The translations under genes and the position numbers were made by a program. Source: Octopus bimaculoides (Eukaryota). From it: a DNA stretch of 64,000 nucleotides. Positions 10,151 to 23,600 of this stretch are shown piece by piece. The stretch is from the NCBI RefSeq assembly GCF_001194135.2, contig NC_068981.1, forward strand, positions 182,408,921 to 182,472,920. Direction: 5' to 3'. The notes beneath the pieces were generated by a model that searched no databases, was not told the origin of the DNA, and saw only the letters and a list, made by a program, of their open reading frames with translations. Position 1 is the stretch's first letter. Each line of letters opens with the position of its first letter.

Positions 10151-11240
10151 TCTATTATCTCTCTCTCTCTGTATATATATATATATATATACATAAGTTA
10201 ATCTAGTGTCTTCCTACTTCTAATTCAGTTGAGAAGGAGAAAGTCATTCTCAGACTGGGGAGCAGACCTGAATATTTGCAACCAAATGGAACTCCACTAA
10301 AGACATCCAAGAACCAAGTCGTAGCATAAAACCAAGCAACAGATGAAGTTTACCACTAATAATATGGGTGGCCCTTCCAACAAACTTCCACATAGTTTCT
10401 GTTTATGAAATCTTGCTTGTAGTACTTTGGTTAACCCGAGATTATGAAAGAAAACATGACTAAAAAAACTGTACAACGGGATCGAGCCCAACACTGCATA
10501 TTTGTAAAGCAAACATATTAACCACACAGCCATGCCTCTCTTTTATTAGCGGTACCTAACATACAGAGATAAATTTTAAATTAGCTAATTTTCATCATGA
10601 TAAATTTAATAGCTTCAAATTTTGGCACAAGGCTACCAATTTCTGGGGAGGGGGTAAGTCAATTACATTGACCCCAGTACACAACAGGTACTTATTTTAT
10701 CAACTCTGAAAGGATGAAAGGCAAAGTTGGCCTAAGTGGAATTTGAGCTCAGAATGTAAAGACGGATGAATTTCTGTGCTAACGATATTGCCAACTTGCC
10801 ACCTTATTGTGATAAATTTATTACCAACAAAAATTGAAAGTTCGATCGAAATAGAAACATTTATTCATTTTCAAGTTGAAGGTTATCAAATTACATTCTT
10901 ATATTAACAAATATATACCAAACGATGATGATGATGATGATGATATATATATGTATATGTATATGCATGTTTTTTCTGTGTATATATGTGTAGATTTTAT
11001 ATTTGTATTTTTATATATATGTATATATGTATGTATATGTGTATCTATATAATATGTATATTTGAGAGCATGGGAGGGTGAGTGTGTATTTATATATACT
11101 ATTCTTTATTTATTATATGTGTGTATGAGTGTATTTGTTTTTTATATGTATGTTTAGGTAGGTACATGTGTGTATGTGTAGATATATATTTATGTATATA
11201 TGTATATATATGTATATATATATTTATGTATATATATATA

Positions 11241-11410
11241 CTACACTCTCTGAGTGGTTGGCGTTAGGAAGGGCATCCAGCTGTAGAAACTCTGCCAAAT
11301 TTAGATTGGAGCCTGGTGTTGCCATCCGGTTTCACCAGTCCTCAGTCAAATCGTCCAACCCATGCTAGCATGGAAAGCGGACGTTAAACGATGATGATGA
11401 TGATGATGAT
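11241..11410 (+). mobile_element. RTE-type 3' tail copy
   Basis: Near-identical to 1-180; ends in (GAT)n. Confidence 0.8.
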
Positions 11411-12457
11411 ACCAACATAACCAGAAGATAACAAAACTGGCAACATCCTTACAAGAATAATTAATCATTTGACCTTTGAGTAATTGTCTGGAACAAACTG
11501 AGTCAAGGTTTGAAAGGAAATCTTTCACATCAAGCTTGACAAATTAATGTTTTCAAGGTTATGGTATTTTAATCATTGCTGGTATACAATTAATTAATAT
11601 CAGCTTCTTGTAGTAACATTTGAGTCATAAGTAATTTTGATAACATGGCAGCGAGACTGGTGAGTTTAGTCTATCTGAATAGCTCTACTGAGAAGTCTTC
11701 TTCATAGCCAAGCAGAAACAAGAAAACACTTAGAAATAATACATTTCTAAATCTCTCAGAGAGATTTATGCAGTAGTGATACGATGAAGAAGTTTTATAT
11801 GCTGTCAACTTAATGTGACAGTCCCCTGAAGGGAATAATACTACTGTTGGTTAGACCTAGGAAGCTGCACCGCTTCCTGTCAGCCTTGACACATTTCCTG
11901 TGTCCTTATGTTTACAAGGGGGAGACAAGCCATCTTTCATTTATTTCCTTCCTGTCATCTTCACCCTGAAGAAGAATTGTATCCAAAACATTGGATACTT
12001 CACTATTTGTGGTAATTTCACTCAACTCTTTGCTGCTTTTAATAAAATACTAACCAATTTTATGGAGCTGTTGTTACTTACAGCATTGACTAACCCTGAT
12101 CACACAGACAATTGATCAAAAGCAATCCAACTGTGACCAGTTTATTTCTTATTCAGATATATTCTATTTAGAACTACATTATTCAATACATCCTTCCTTT
12201 CATTTCTTGTAGGCTGAGTGGTCATATTGATGACTCCCTCTTGGCCCATTTAAAACTATCTTGTATACTCCAGAATCGAATATTGAGCTGTGTAATGTTT
12301 AAAAAAAGCTTCCTTATTAGTTCACTGTCTGTATATCTGTCTCTCTTGGTTGATCTTTCACTATCTCTGCTTCTGTACAGAGTTGTTTCTACCTTGTCAT
12401 GCATATTTACATCTAGGCAGCATGGACCATTTAAGCATTAAATATCTTAGTGATGGT

Positions 12458-12841
12458 GGAGGCGCAATGGTCCAGTGGTTAGGGCAGCGGATTCACAGTC
12501 ATAGGATTGTGGTTTTGATTCCCAGACTGGGCGTTGTGAGTGTTTATTGAGCGAAAACACCTAAAGCTCCACGAGGCTCCGGCAGGGGATGGTGGCGAAC
12601 CCTGCTGTACTCTTTCACCACAACTTTCTCTCACTCTTACTTCCTGTTTCTGTTGTGCCTGTAATTCAAAGGGTCAGCCTTGTCACACTCTGTGTCACGC
12701 TGAATGTCCCCGAGAACTACGTTAAGGGTACACATGTCTGTGGAGTGCTCAGCCACTTGCACGTTAATTTCACGAGCAGGCTGTTCCGTTGATCGGATCA
12801 ACTGGAACCCTCGTCGTCGTAAGCGACGGAGTGCCAGCAAC
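12458..12841 (+). mobile_element. tRNA-derived SINE (full length)
   Basis: A box TGGTCCAGTGG, B box GGTTTTGATTCCC, hairpin-rich 3' end; reverse copy at 23875-24256. Confidence 0.8.
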
Positions 12842-13178
12842 TTAGTGATGACGGTTATTATGTAAACCACCAACCTCTCAGGTGATCATCCAACATGACT
12901 ATCAACTTCGTCATGCATGCTCTTACCATCTAAATATTTTAGCGATTGTTAAACAAGTGAGCAAAAAGACTGAAATGGGACAACAGCAACAAGCACAGTG
13001 GCTTGCAACCATGAGATAGCAACAATGATAGAAACAGCGATAATTACTGAATAAAAAATAAGACTTCTTATAAGAAATTGTTTAAATTGTATTCAGAAAA
13101 GTACTATTTATAAGAAAATTATATAAATATATAAATACAAAGAAAAAAAGTTTAAAATATTACAGCATTTACAACTCA

Positions 13179-13339
13179 TCAATCTTCAATTTTGACAAAA
13201 ACTTTTGATCTTGAAAATATTTTCACAGCTTCATCAATCTCAGCAAGCTTGCTCTCCAGTTCTTGTCGTCTTTTCTGAGCTCGTATGGAATCATTACTTA
13301 AAGGCAGTTTCTGTATTTTCTGCAGTAGTTCACCCTGAT
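13179..13339 (-). CDS. ENKD1: ENKD1 last exon
   Basis: Acceptor TTGCAG; NQGELLQKIQKLPLSNDSIRAQKRRQELESKLAEIDEAVKIFSRSKVFVKIED*. Confidence 0.92.
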
Positions 13340-16300
13340 CTGCAACAATAATAAACAAAAAGGTAAAAAAAATTAGTAAATAGGCACCCAGCACCCACTA
13401 CACTCTTTGGAGTAGTTGGCCTTATGAAGAGCATCCAGCTATAGAAACCATGCCAAATCAGATTGGAACCTGGTGCAGCTCCCCAGCTTACCAGTTTCAA
13501 CCAAACTGTCCAACCCATACCAGGATGGAAAGCAGATGTTAAATGATGATGATGTTGATGATGACAGCACCTCTGGACACAGTGGTACAAAATCATTCAC
13601 CTGGTACAGGTTATAAAGTGGTTGATAACAGGAAGAGCATGACATACACAACAACAATTCTGCCAGATGATGAAGAAGCACCACAAATGGCAATACTCGG
13701 TAATGTTTTGAACAAAATTTGTTTCTAAAACCTGCAGACAGACAAAACTTCATCCTTTTTATTTGGTGTAAGTGCTGCATCAAGATATTATACTTCTCAG
13801 CCAAACATAAATGCAACTTTTTGATCCAGGTTCAACAAAGCTCTAGCTCAGTGTTTCCCAAACTTTTCGGGCTGCTGCCCCCTTGACACTCAGGCCGCAT
13901 TCCTAGCACCCCTACTCCAACTAACCATCACAAGCATAGACCTTTTTCTGAAGTAAATTCAAAGCAACTGTACTTCACAAATAAAAACTTAAGCTAATGA
14001 ACCCGTTCTTTTGTTTTTACACGAATCGCTTTTTACATGAATCGCTACCCCATTATCACCCCCACCCCACCGGAGGGCATTAATGCCCACTTTGGGAACC
14101 ACTGCTCTAACTTATAAGCATGTCGTTCCACTGTCCTTCAGTTTCCAGACACATTAAAATAGGAAGATGATGAAGATGATGATGATCATCATCATCGTTT
14201 AACATCTGCTTTCCATGCTAGCATGGGTTGGACGATTTGACTGAGATGGTTGCACCAGGCTCCAATCTGATTTGGCAGAGTTTCTACAGCTGGATGCCCT
14301 TCCTAATGCCAACCACTCTGAGAGTGTAGTGGGTGCTTTTACATGCTATCGGTACGAAGGCCAGTCAGGCGGTACTGGCAACGGCCACACTCAAAATGGT
14401 GTATTGGTGTGATGGAAATCTAAAAGAGTATGTTTAGATTTCACTGCATTATTGACACTATTTGCAAGATGTTGTCTTTCCTCTGTACACAAGCACACCA
14501 TTGTGTGAATAGGATATGATATTGTTGCAAATACACTCTGGAGGTTAGAATTAGGGAAGGGATCTATTTCTATGACTTTGGTTATGAAGAATATTTGAGA
14601 TGTGATGCTTTCCAAGTAAACATGGCTTCACAAGTACAGGACTACAGCAGGATGTTTAGGATATTACAGAGAAATGTAAACAAAACAGCAGTTTTGCTTG
14701 AGTGGTGTCCTGCCATATATACATATATGACAGGCTTCCATACAGTTTTTGTCTATCAATTTCATTCACAAGGTATTAGCCAACCTAAGGCTATAAAAGA
14801 CACTTGCCCAGATGTTATGGATCAAGGAGTAGAGTAGAACCCCTGAGACCATGTAGTTAGAAACTTAACTCTGCACCTATACCTTTCAATTTCTCAAAAG
14901 ACATTCGACTTGGACCAGGTGGGAAAATATTACAAAAAGAAACCCTAAGAAAATGAGCCAAGGTAATATCTACATGGTTGCTCAACCAGATATCAAATAT
15001 CCCTTAAATAACATACCACCACCTTAGAACAAGGACATATTGGACAATGTAGTCCTAGACAAACAAAGTAAAAAGATGACATGGTCATGGCTGGACTCAT
15101 TTTAACATAAGTTAGCTTGATCAGGGATAAGTCCAAGTTAAACAACAGTAAAAATTTTTTGGGGAAAAAAAACAGCTGCAAAAACTTAAGACCCTTACTT
15201 TTCTGGAGTAATTCCAAAGTTTCAACCCGTTCATTATCAGGTAATACTTTGTGTCCTGGTGGAACTGTTGGGTCTGGTATATTGGCAATCCTCTCTTCCT
15301 CATCTTTTACCCACTGTGCCTGTCGTTCTTTTAAACTGAAATAGCAAATAAAACATAGAAATAAGTCAGACAATGTACAATAAAAGCATTTAAAATGTGA
15401 ACAAATATTGAGAATAACAAAAAATTCATTACTTAAATTTAGAAAATTTTAAGACAAATATCTTATAGCTGATGTTTTGTCCTCAGCTCAGCCTCATGTT
15501 CAAACATATTCCAGACATGACATTCATGTCTTTCATGCAGTTTCAGTACACCTAAAACCACATTATTCAGTAGTTAGAATGCTATACAACTGCCTCAAAG
15601 CTCACAATTGCACTGAATTGGTTTGACATTAGGTATATAGTGGTGTAACTTAATATAACAATATAGCTGTTTTATGAAACAAGTCTCAACTTATGATTAT
15701 TTTAAAATTCAAGTGTAATTTATTATTTTGCTACTTCAAATTATTAGTGCCTTCTGCACTAGTGTGGGTGCCACATAAAAAGTACCAGTTCTGATGCTGT
15801 GTAAAAGCACCCAATCCACTCTGTAAAAATTGGTTGGCATTAGGAAAGGCATCCAGCTGTAGAAACCATGCCAAAACAGACACTTGGAGCCTGGTGCAGC
15901 CCTCTGGCTTACCAGCTCCAGTCAAACTGTCCAACTTATGCCAGCAAAGATGGATGTTAAATGATGATGATGACCACATCGTGGTTGCCTGGTTATTCTT
16001 TCATTCTTTTATTAGTTTCAGTCTTTGGACTGCAGCCATGCTGGAGCACTGCCTTCAAGGGTTTTAGCTGAACATAGTAACCCCAGTGCTTTGTCAGGTA
16101 CTGAGTTTATTGATTTCATAATGGACAAAGTTTACTTCAGCATGAATAGACATGGCTTTTGAATAGGAACAGACTTGATCCAGTGTAATATGCAAAGGTC
16201 TGAATTTGTATAACCTTGAAACACATTCTAATTTTGGAAATAACTGAAAAACAGAGGGTAAAAGTTGATGAAATTACCATCATCATCATCATCATCATTT

Positions 16301-19300
16301 AACGTCCGTTTTCCATGCTAGCATGGGTTGGACGATTTGACTGGGGACTGGCGAACCAGATGGCTACACCAGACACCAATCTGATCTGGCAGAGTTTCTA
16401 CAGCTGGATGCCCTTCCTAATGCCAACCACTCCGAGAGTGTAGTGGGTGCTTTTTACGTGCCAGTCCGGCAGTACTGGCAACGGCCACGCTCAAATGGTG
16501 GTTTTACGTGCCACCTGCATAGGAGTCAGTCCAATGTTTTGTTCACATGCCACCGGCACGAGTGCCAGTAAGGCGAAGCTGGAAATGATCGCGCTCAAAT
16601 GGCGCATTTTACGTGCCACAGGCACGGAAGCGAGACCGCTGCTCTGGCAGTGATCCCGCTCGGATGGTGCTGTTAGCACTCCACTGGCACGGGTGCCAGA
16701 CATTGAATTTGGTACAGTTTCGATCTCACTTGCTCCTAATGTCCCTGCACTGAGCTCCAATGTCTACTTTGGTATAGTTTCCACAGGTGGTGATTTGCTG
16801 TGCTTGAGAAGACATGTAAAGCAAAGTGAAATTGTGGTTGTGGCCAATGCTGGTGACACATAAAAGGGCATCTGTATGAGTGACACATAAAAGGGCACCC
16901 ATGCTGGTGACATGTAAAAGACATCCAGTACACTTTGTAAGGAACACTGTGTTAGGAAGGGCATCCAGCCATACGAACCAATCCAAAACATGACTGGAGC
17001 CTGGAGCAGCTCTCTGAGTTACCAGCTCCAGTTAAACCACCTAACCTGTACCTGCATGGAAAATAGACATTAAATGATGATGATGATGATGATGGATTCT
17101 CTTCTTTGTGTCAACCACTTTACAGAGGGTATTAGGTGCTGTTTCCATGGCACCAGCACTTGAGAGATCACCAAGTACTCGCAAGACAAGATCCCTTAAC
17201 TGAGTGGGGTATAGTATTGAGGGATATGAAAGTATGATAGAAGGATGGGAGCAAGTGTCTTGTTGAAGAGGTGAATAAATGGCTTCTCCAGAGAGAGAGA
17301 GAGAGAGAGAGATGTGAGGTCAAGGTACAAGGTGAATATGAGAGAGAGAGAGAGAAATAAAAGAGAAAAGTATAGTACTTACTATTTAGGGATAACACCT
17401 TTTTTGTATTTGTTAAAATCTTCTTCTGTTTTCTTTTTAGCATCAAGTTCCCGCAGAGAACTTGGAGGTCGTACCTGTTGGTGATGTTTTGCTGCCCGAC
17501 TATTCCGCTTGACAAAATCTACATCTTTTCTAAGTAGTTCTGTCTATTTGATGACAAAAAAAATAACTTTTTGAAAACAATCTTCACAAAATAGAAAAAT
17601 CAATTTCACATTTTCCTGTTTTACTTAGGCAACTCACTGTAGTTGTATTGTTTTCTTAATTAAGAAATTACATCTCCAGAGATTCTCTACACAAGCATTT
17701 CCCATCAAGAGTTCCTGAGAATATTGTGTTCCACCAAAGATCACAAGGAGTTCTCTGAGAAGTTGCTAAAAGTTCTGTGAGAAATAATAATTTATAGACT
17801 AATTATATTCATTTTTTAATATATTTTGTGTATTGGAGAAGTATAAACAATTTATTGAACATAAATTTTAATAATGAAACCTTATGAGGACTCCTAAGCG
17901 TCAAATGGACCCTGGGTTTAATACTTGGACACAAGCTTCCTTGACTTACTGGCTAAGCAGACCCACAATAATGATCTGAGTTCAGCACTACAAGCAAACA
18001 AAATAAATTATATAGTGCTCCAGCTTCTTCTAGTAATTAACAATACACACACACAATAATCAATAGCTATTAACAGTGAACTGAATTGAGCCAATGAAAG
18101 TTTAGTGCTTTGATTATGTGTGGGACACAGAGCAACAATGGCAAATGGGATGTGAACTGTTAACCAGTCATCTAGGATTTATCAACTTAACAGGCTTTCC
18201 ACTCTCTCAATATAAAGCCATACTATCACAATTTCATTGATTACCCTAATTGTGAGTTCACATTACCTCTCTGGTAAGAAATAACAGATATTTGAGAATT
18301 TAATACATGATTTTGTTTTTGATGTTTTTTCTCATTTTTTTTTTTTTTTTGCATAGCCTAAAAGCTTCAGAATTTCAAACCTCTCATAAATTAGTGAAAA
18401 AACAGGAAATTACTAAAGCTGGGCTATAGACCAGATTAGTTAATAAAATGTTGATGTCTTCCTTGTTTATGAAGAGGAGCTGTTATGATGTATGTATGTA
18501 GCTTCACTGCAAGACAAAAAGAAAAAAAAACTACCTTTCATATGTGTTAGGACCACTATAATTCCACTTGGGACAACCTGTAGTGAACAGAAATGTGAGG
18601 ATAAGGGATCCTTTAATTTTGTCAATCTTCTTTAGTGCTAATGCCATCATAAATGCACCCAGTACACTTTGCTTAGTGTGTGTGGTGGTTGTCGAGTGTG
18701 TTGTGTGTGAGGGGGAAATGGAGAGGCCCTTTTAGTCTTGCTGAAATCACGACAATCTCTCTCAAGTGCTGGGGCCACAATATAATGCTTCCAGTATATG
18801 CTGTAAAGTGGTTGGTGATAGAAAGGGCGTCTAGTTGTAGAAACCAAGTCACTGCCACCCTTACCCCAAAGAAATGAAACTTAGGAGTGAAATGTGATTC
18901 TCTGACTTTTCTATGTGAGCTCTAACAACCTGTTCAATCTGTGCCAGCATGGAAAGCAAATCATCATCATCATCATCATCGTTTAACGTCCGCTTTCCAT
19001 GCTAGCATGGGTTGGACGATTTGACTGAAGACTGGCAAGCCAGAAGGTCGCACCAGGCTCCAATCTGATCTGGCAGAGTTTCTACAGCTGGATGCCCTTC
19101 CAAACGCCAACCACTCCGAGAGTGTAGAATGTACAATCATAAGATATTGATCATGAGTATCCTTCATGGGAGGAGAAATAATAGCATATCAACTTTGATT
19201 TAGGTTATATATTTTCATCATCATCGTTTAATACCTGCCTTCTATACTGGCATGAGCTGGCCAGGCAGGAGCCTGCACCAGACTTCTGTATTTGTTTTGG

Positions 19301-20334
19301 CACGGTTTTTATAGCTAGATGCCCTTCCTAACATCAACCACCCAGCAGGGTAAACTGAGCACTTTGTACATGGTACAAACACAGGCAAGGTCAGTTTTGG
19401 TATGGTTTTTACAGCTGGATGCCCTTCCAAATGCCAACCACTTTACAGTGTGGACTATAAGAAAAAGAAATAGAAGGCAATTTTTAATTCTTAAAGTAAA
19501 GTAAAAGTGCAAACATACTTGTTTTTGATCATCAACAGAGGTTAGACTTAGTTTCTCAAATGGAACTTCCACTGACTCTTTCTCATTTGATAATCTAGTT
19601 GGAGGTCCTGATCGTGAATGAGCCCGCAAAAAATTTCCAGGTGCTGATGGTTCTTTCTGTAATACATATCAAAGCAACAGGAATATTTACAAAAGAAAGA
19701 ATTTCAGAAAAATATAAGATTGAATATGGGAAGAAATTGTTTGTTCAGCATTGTAGAAAAAACATGATCCAGCTTTAATTTCTTTAAATTTGTTATTCTG
19801 AGAAGATGCAGTACTCATAATCTTTTTAGGACTTGTAAAGCTTAAGGATAGAGATAAATGGGTGAAGTTAATATTGCTAATATATGTAGTGATTGTTACA
19901 AATTTCTTGTTGGTGTGAAAACATGGCTAATAAAGGTTACCAACTTGAGAGGAGGCAAAGTATTTCTACGCAAGTGGAAGGAAAGTAAGCCAGAGCAAGA
20001 TGAGATAGGAAAGAGTAAGAGAACCAGAGTGGTAGGAGTGAGAGACAACTACATGATGGTTGTTGGTAAGGAATTTGAGTAGTAGTAGCATTCTTTATTT
20101 GATGAGAGTTTCAGTAATTATATTGAGCACAGGCATGGCTGTGTGGTTAAGAAGTTTGCTTCCAACCACATGGTTTCAGGTTCAGACCCACTGTGTGGCG
20201 CCTTGGATAAGAGTCTTTCGTTTGTTGTAGCTCTAAGCTAACCAAAGCCTTGTGAGTGGATTTGATAGATGGAAACTGAAAGAAGTTCATCACATGTGTG
20301 TGTGTGTGCGTGTGTGTGTGCGTGTGTGTGTGCA

Positions 20335-20367
<33 letters not shown>

Positions 20368-20577
20368 CTCCTTGTCTTGACATTCACATGATAGTTGTAA
20401 ATGAGTGTCGCTATCATGGAAGCAGAGTCAGTCACTTCCAATATTCCATGAAAAAACATGTCTGGCTGCAAATAAATATTACCTTGTTTGAAAACGACAA
20501 CAAGAGCATCTGACTAGAAAATTCCCTTCAACAAACTTTGTCCAACCCATGCAATCATGGAAAAGTGAACGTTAAAG

Positions 20578-20611
<34 letters not shown>

Positions 20612-23600
20612 GAGGAGGTGGATAATATTTATTCTTCATACCTGTAATTGTCCTCTAAACCTTGATGGAACATCATGAAATTTTTTTGACTTCCATAACT
20701 CTTTGGGTGCTTCATGACTTTCAAGTGTTTTTGATCTCACTAACTTTTGAATCTGATGAACTTTCTTCAGGTTTTCATTCATATAATTTTTAGGTTTTGA
20801 CTCTGGAAATAGAAATTCAAATTGAAATATTGACTATTTTTGATGGGATGAGGTGTAGGTGAAGAGGAATAGTGTTAATTGATAATCTGTGCAGAAATTA
20901 CAAGGTATCTTTTATCCTCTTTTCTTTCAATCACAGGACTGTGGCCATGCTGGGACACCACTTTGAATCAACCCCAGGGAGAGATGGAGCCAGAGCAAAA
21001 CAGGTTTGTTGCTGTAGAGGAGCTACATGGATACTGGAAGATAGAGTGGGAGTATCTTTGGCTGAACTGCTCAGTTATGGGGACAAAAACAAACCAACAC
21101 CAGTTGTTAAGCAATGTGGGGGGGACAAACACAAACACACATACATATAATCGAAATCGAACCAAATTCAACGACTGGCACTCATGCCAACCTTCCTTCA
21201 TTGGACACTAACTTCTGCTTGCGAAGACCTGTTGGGGCAAGTGAAATCGTAACTGAACCAAATTCGATGACTAGTACCCATGCCAGTGGAGCGCTAACAG
21301 CACCATCCGAGCGGGATCACTGTCAGAGCAGCTGTCTGGCTTCCGTGCTGGTGGAACGTAAAAGGCACGATTTGAGTGTGATCGTTACCAGCGTTGCACT
21401 TGTGCCGGTGGCATGTGAACAGAACATTCGAGCGAGGTCGTTGCCAGCACTACTGGACTGACTCCTGTGCAGGTGGCACATAAAAAACACCATTTGAGTG
21501 TGGCCGTTGCCAGTACCACCTGACTGGCCCTTGTGCCGGTGGCATGTAAAAGCACCTACTACACTCTCGGAGTGGTTGGCATTAGGAAGGGCATCCAGCT
21601 GTAGAAACTCTGCCAAATCAGATTGGAGCCTGGTGCAGCCATCTGGTTTGCCAGTCCTCAGTCAAATCGTCCAACCCATGCTAGCATGGAAAGCGGACGT
21701 TAAATGATGATGATAATGATGATGATATAGTCCAATCCATGCCAGCTATGGAAAATAGACATTAGATGATGATGGTGATATATAAATGTAGTATAGTTTC
21801 TGTGAAATATTGTCTCATATAAATATCTTTGATTATAGTTTTTTATACAGAGCACAGATAACTAAATAAACACAAAGGACTAACACTTAGGTTCAGAATT
21901 TAAGACATGTCTGGCATGTCTTAAGTTGGAGCTTGATTTAATAATTTTTAAAGCATGCAAGTTGTAACCATATTGCCTTTATTTCAGGAGACTGCTACTC
22001 TAAAATTAAAGATTTTAAACTAACTCTTATCGTTTGAAAGATGGTAGGAGATGAATATGAAGTGGGGCTTATTGAAAGAAATTTTTCTGCTACATTATAC
22101 ACTAACACATAACATTCAAAAGAGCAGTCCATTTAGCTTTAAAATTCAGTGGTTATAATTACAGTGAGCTGTGATTGATGGATGCTTTATTAGCTTTCAG
22201 TCATCATCGTTATTTAACATTCACGTTTCATGCTTGACCATGCTGGCATAGGCTGAAAGTTTGACAAGATCTGATAGGTCCAATGACTGCTTTATACTCC
22301 AGTTTCTATGACTGGAGGCCAACCCTAACAACAACGACTTCACAATATAGACTGGGTGCCTTTCTCATGCCACTAGTACTAGTGAGATCACCATGCAATG
22401 CACAAGACTATGAAACCTGAGGTGGAGAGGGTGGGGGGAGTCAGCTTTATGTTAGGAGATAAAGGGTTAAAGTATGAAAGAGATAGGGAGGCAAAATAGG
22501 TCCTTGTTATAGAGAAGCTACATAATTATTCACATTTAAAAGAGAGTGAGAATGATGAATAGGAACTTCATTATCATTATCATCATCATTTAATGTCCAT
22601 TTTCCATGCTGGCATGGGTTGGACAGCCTGACAGGAACTGGCATGGCCTGGGGCCACATCACATTCCATAGGCCATTTTGGCTGGGCTTCTACAGCTGGA
22701 TGCCCTTCCTAACGCCACTCACTTTACAGAGTGTACTGGTTGCTCTCTATGTGACACCAGTGCCCACACCAATGCATTTTACGTGGCACGAGATAAACAG
22801 TGGTGAGTGCAAATCTTACCAGAGACCCAAATATATGGAAACCTGAAATTACTCAAACATATTATTTATGAAACAATGTAAAGGCAGTTATCAGTACTGA
22901 ATCTCAATGTATTATAAGACAATACTATTATAACTTGAAAATGAAGACATAAAATGTGCATAAATCTATGTCAATGACGACAAAATATTCATGGACACAG
23001 AAGTTAAACCTATTTCAATATCACAAAGATCTATATGGTCGGTGCTTATCTTTAACTTCTAAATCATTAGCAGGTATAAGATAAATCTCTTTGACTACAA
23101 CATTAATCAGACAGAGATAGATTTTCCTGAGGAAGAAATTAAACTCAGCACTGCAAGCCATTTCATTAATTTTACAGTACAGTCATTCTCTACTATTTTG
23201 TACTATGCAACTAAGCTACTATGAAATAAGTAAATGGAGCCATTGAGAACTAAGACAATGCAGAGCTGCTGATATAATATGAAAGCCAAATCTAGTTGAT
23301 TGATGTCATATGTGACTCATCCATCCATGATCTATGAACAGAGAAGACTATAAATATATTAAATCTCATTCAAAAGACTCTATTGTATTTTCTCATTCAT
23401 AACCGATATTAATTATCTACAGCATTAATATATTTGGAATAGACAATTTGGAGACATAAATGAGATACTGTATCAGTTAATTATAAGATAATTCCTTTCA
23501 AAGAAGCAAAATTAGGAATGCTGAGCAAGATGATAATTTGTGTTTAACCCTTTAGCATTCAGATTACTTTACCAAATGTAATGCCTATTTATTCACATTG

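Noticed and set aside
9403-10201. Mucin-like or membrane-protein-like ORFs on both strands as host genes
   Set aside because: They start inside (AT)n/(CT)n microsatellites and are contiguous with a Penelope GIY-YIG remnant.
16450-16700. Repeat-spacer-like pattern resembling a CRISPR array
   Set aside because: Eukaryotic intron, degenerate units with non-unique spacers, no cas genes; part of the RTE 3' UTR.
17539-17543. Alternative ENKD1 acceptor at GACAG, 4 nt downstream
   Set aside because: It would shift the frame relative to the phase-0 donor at 19519.
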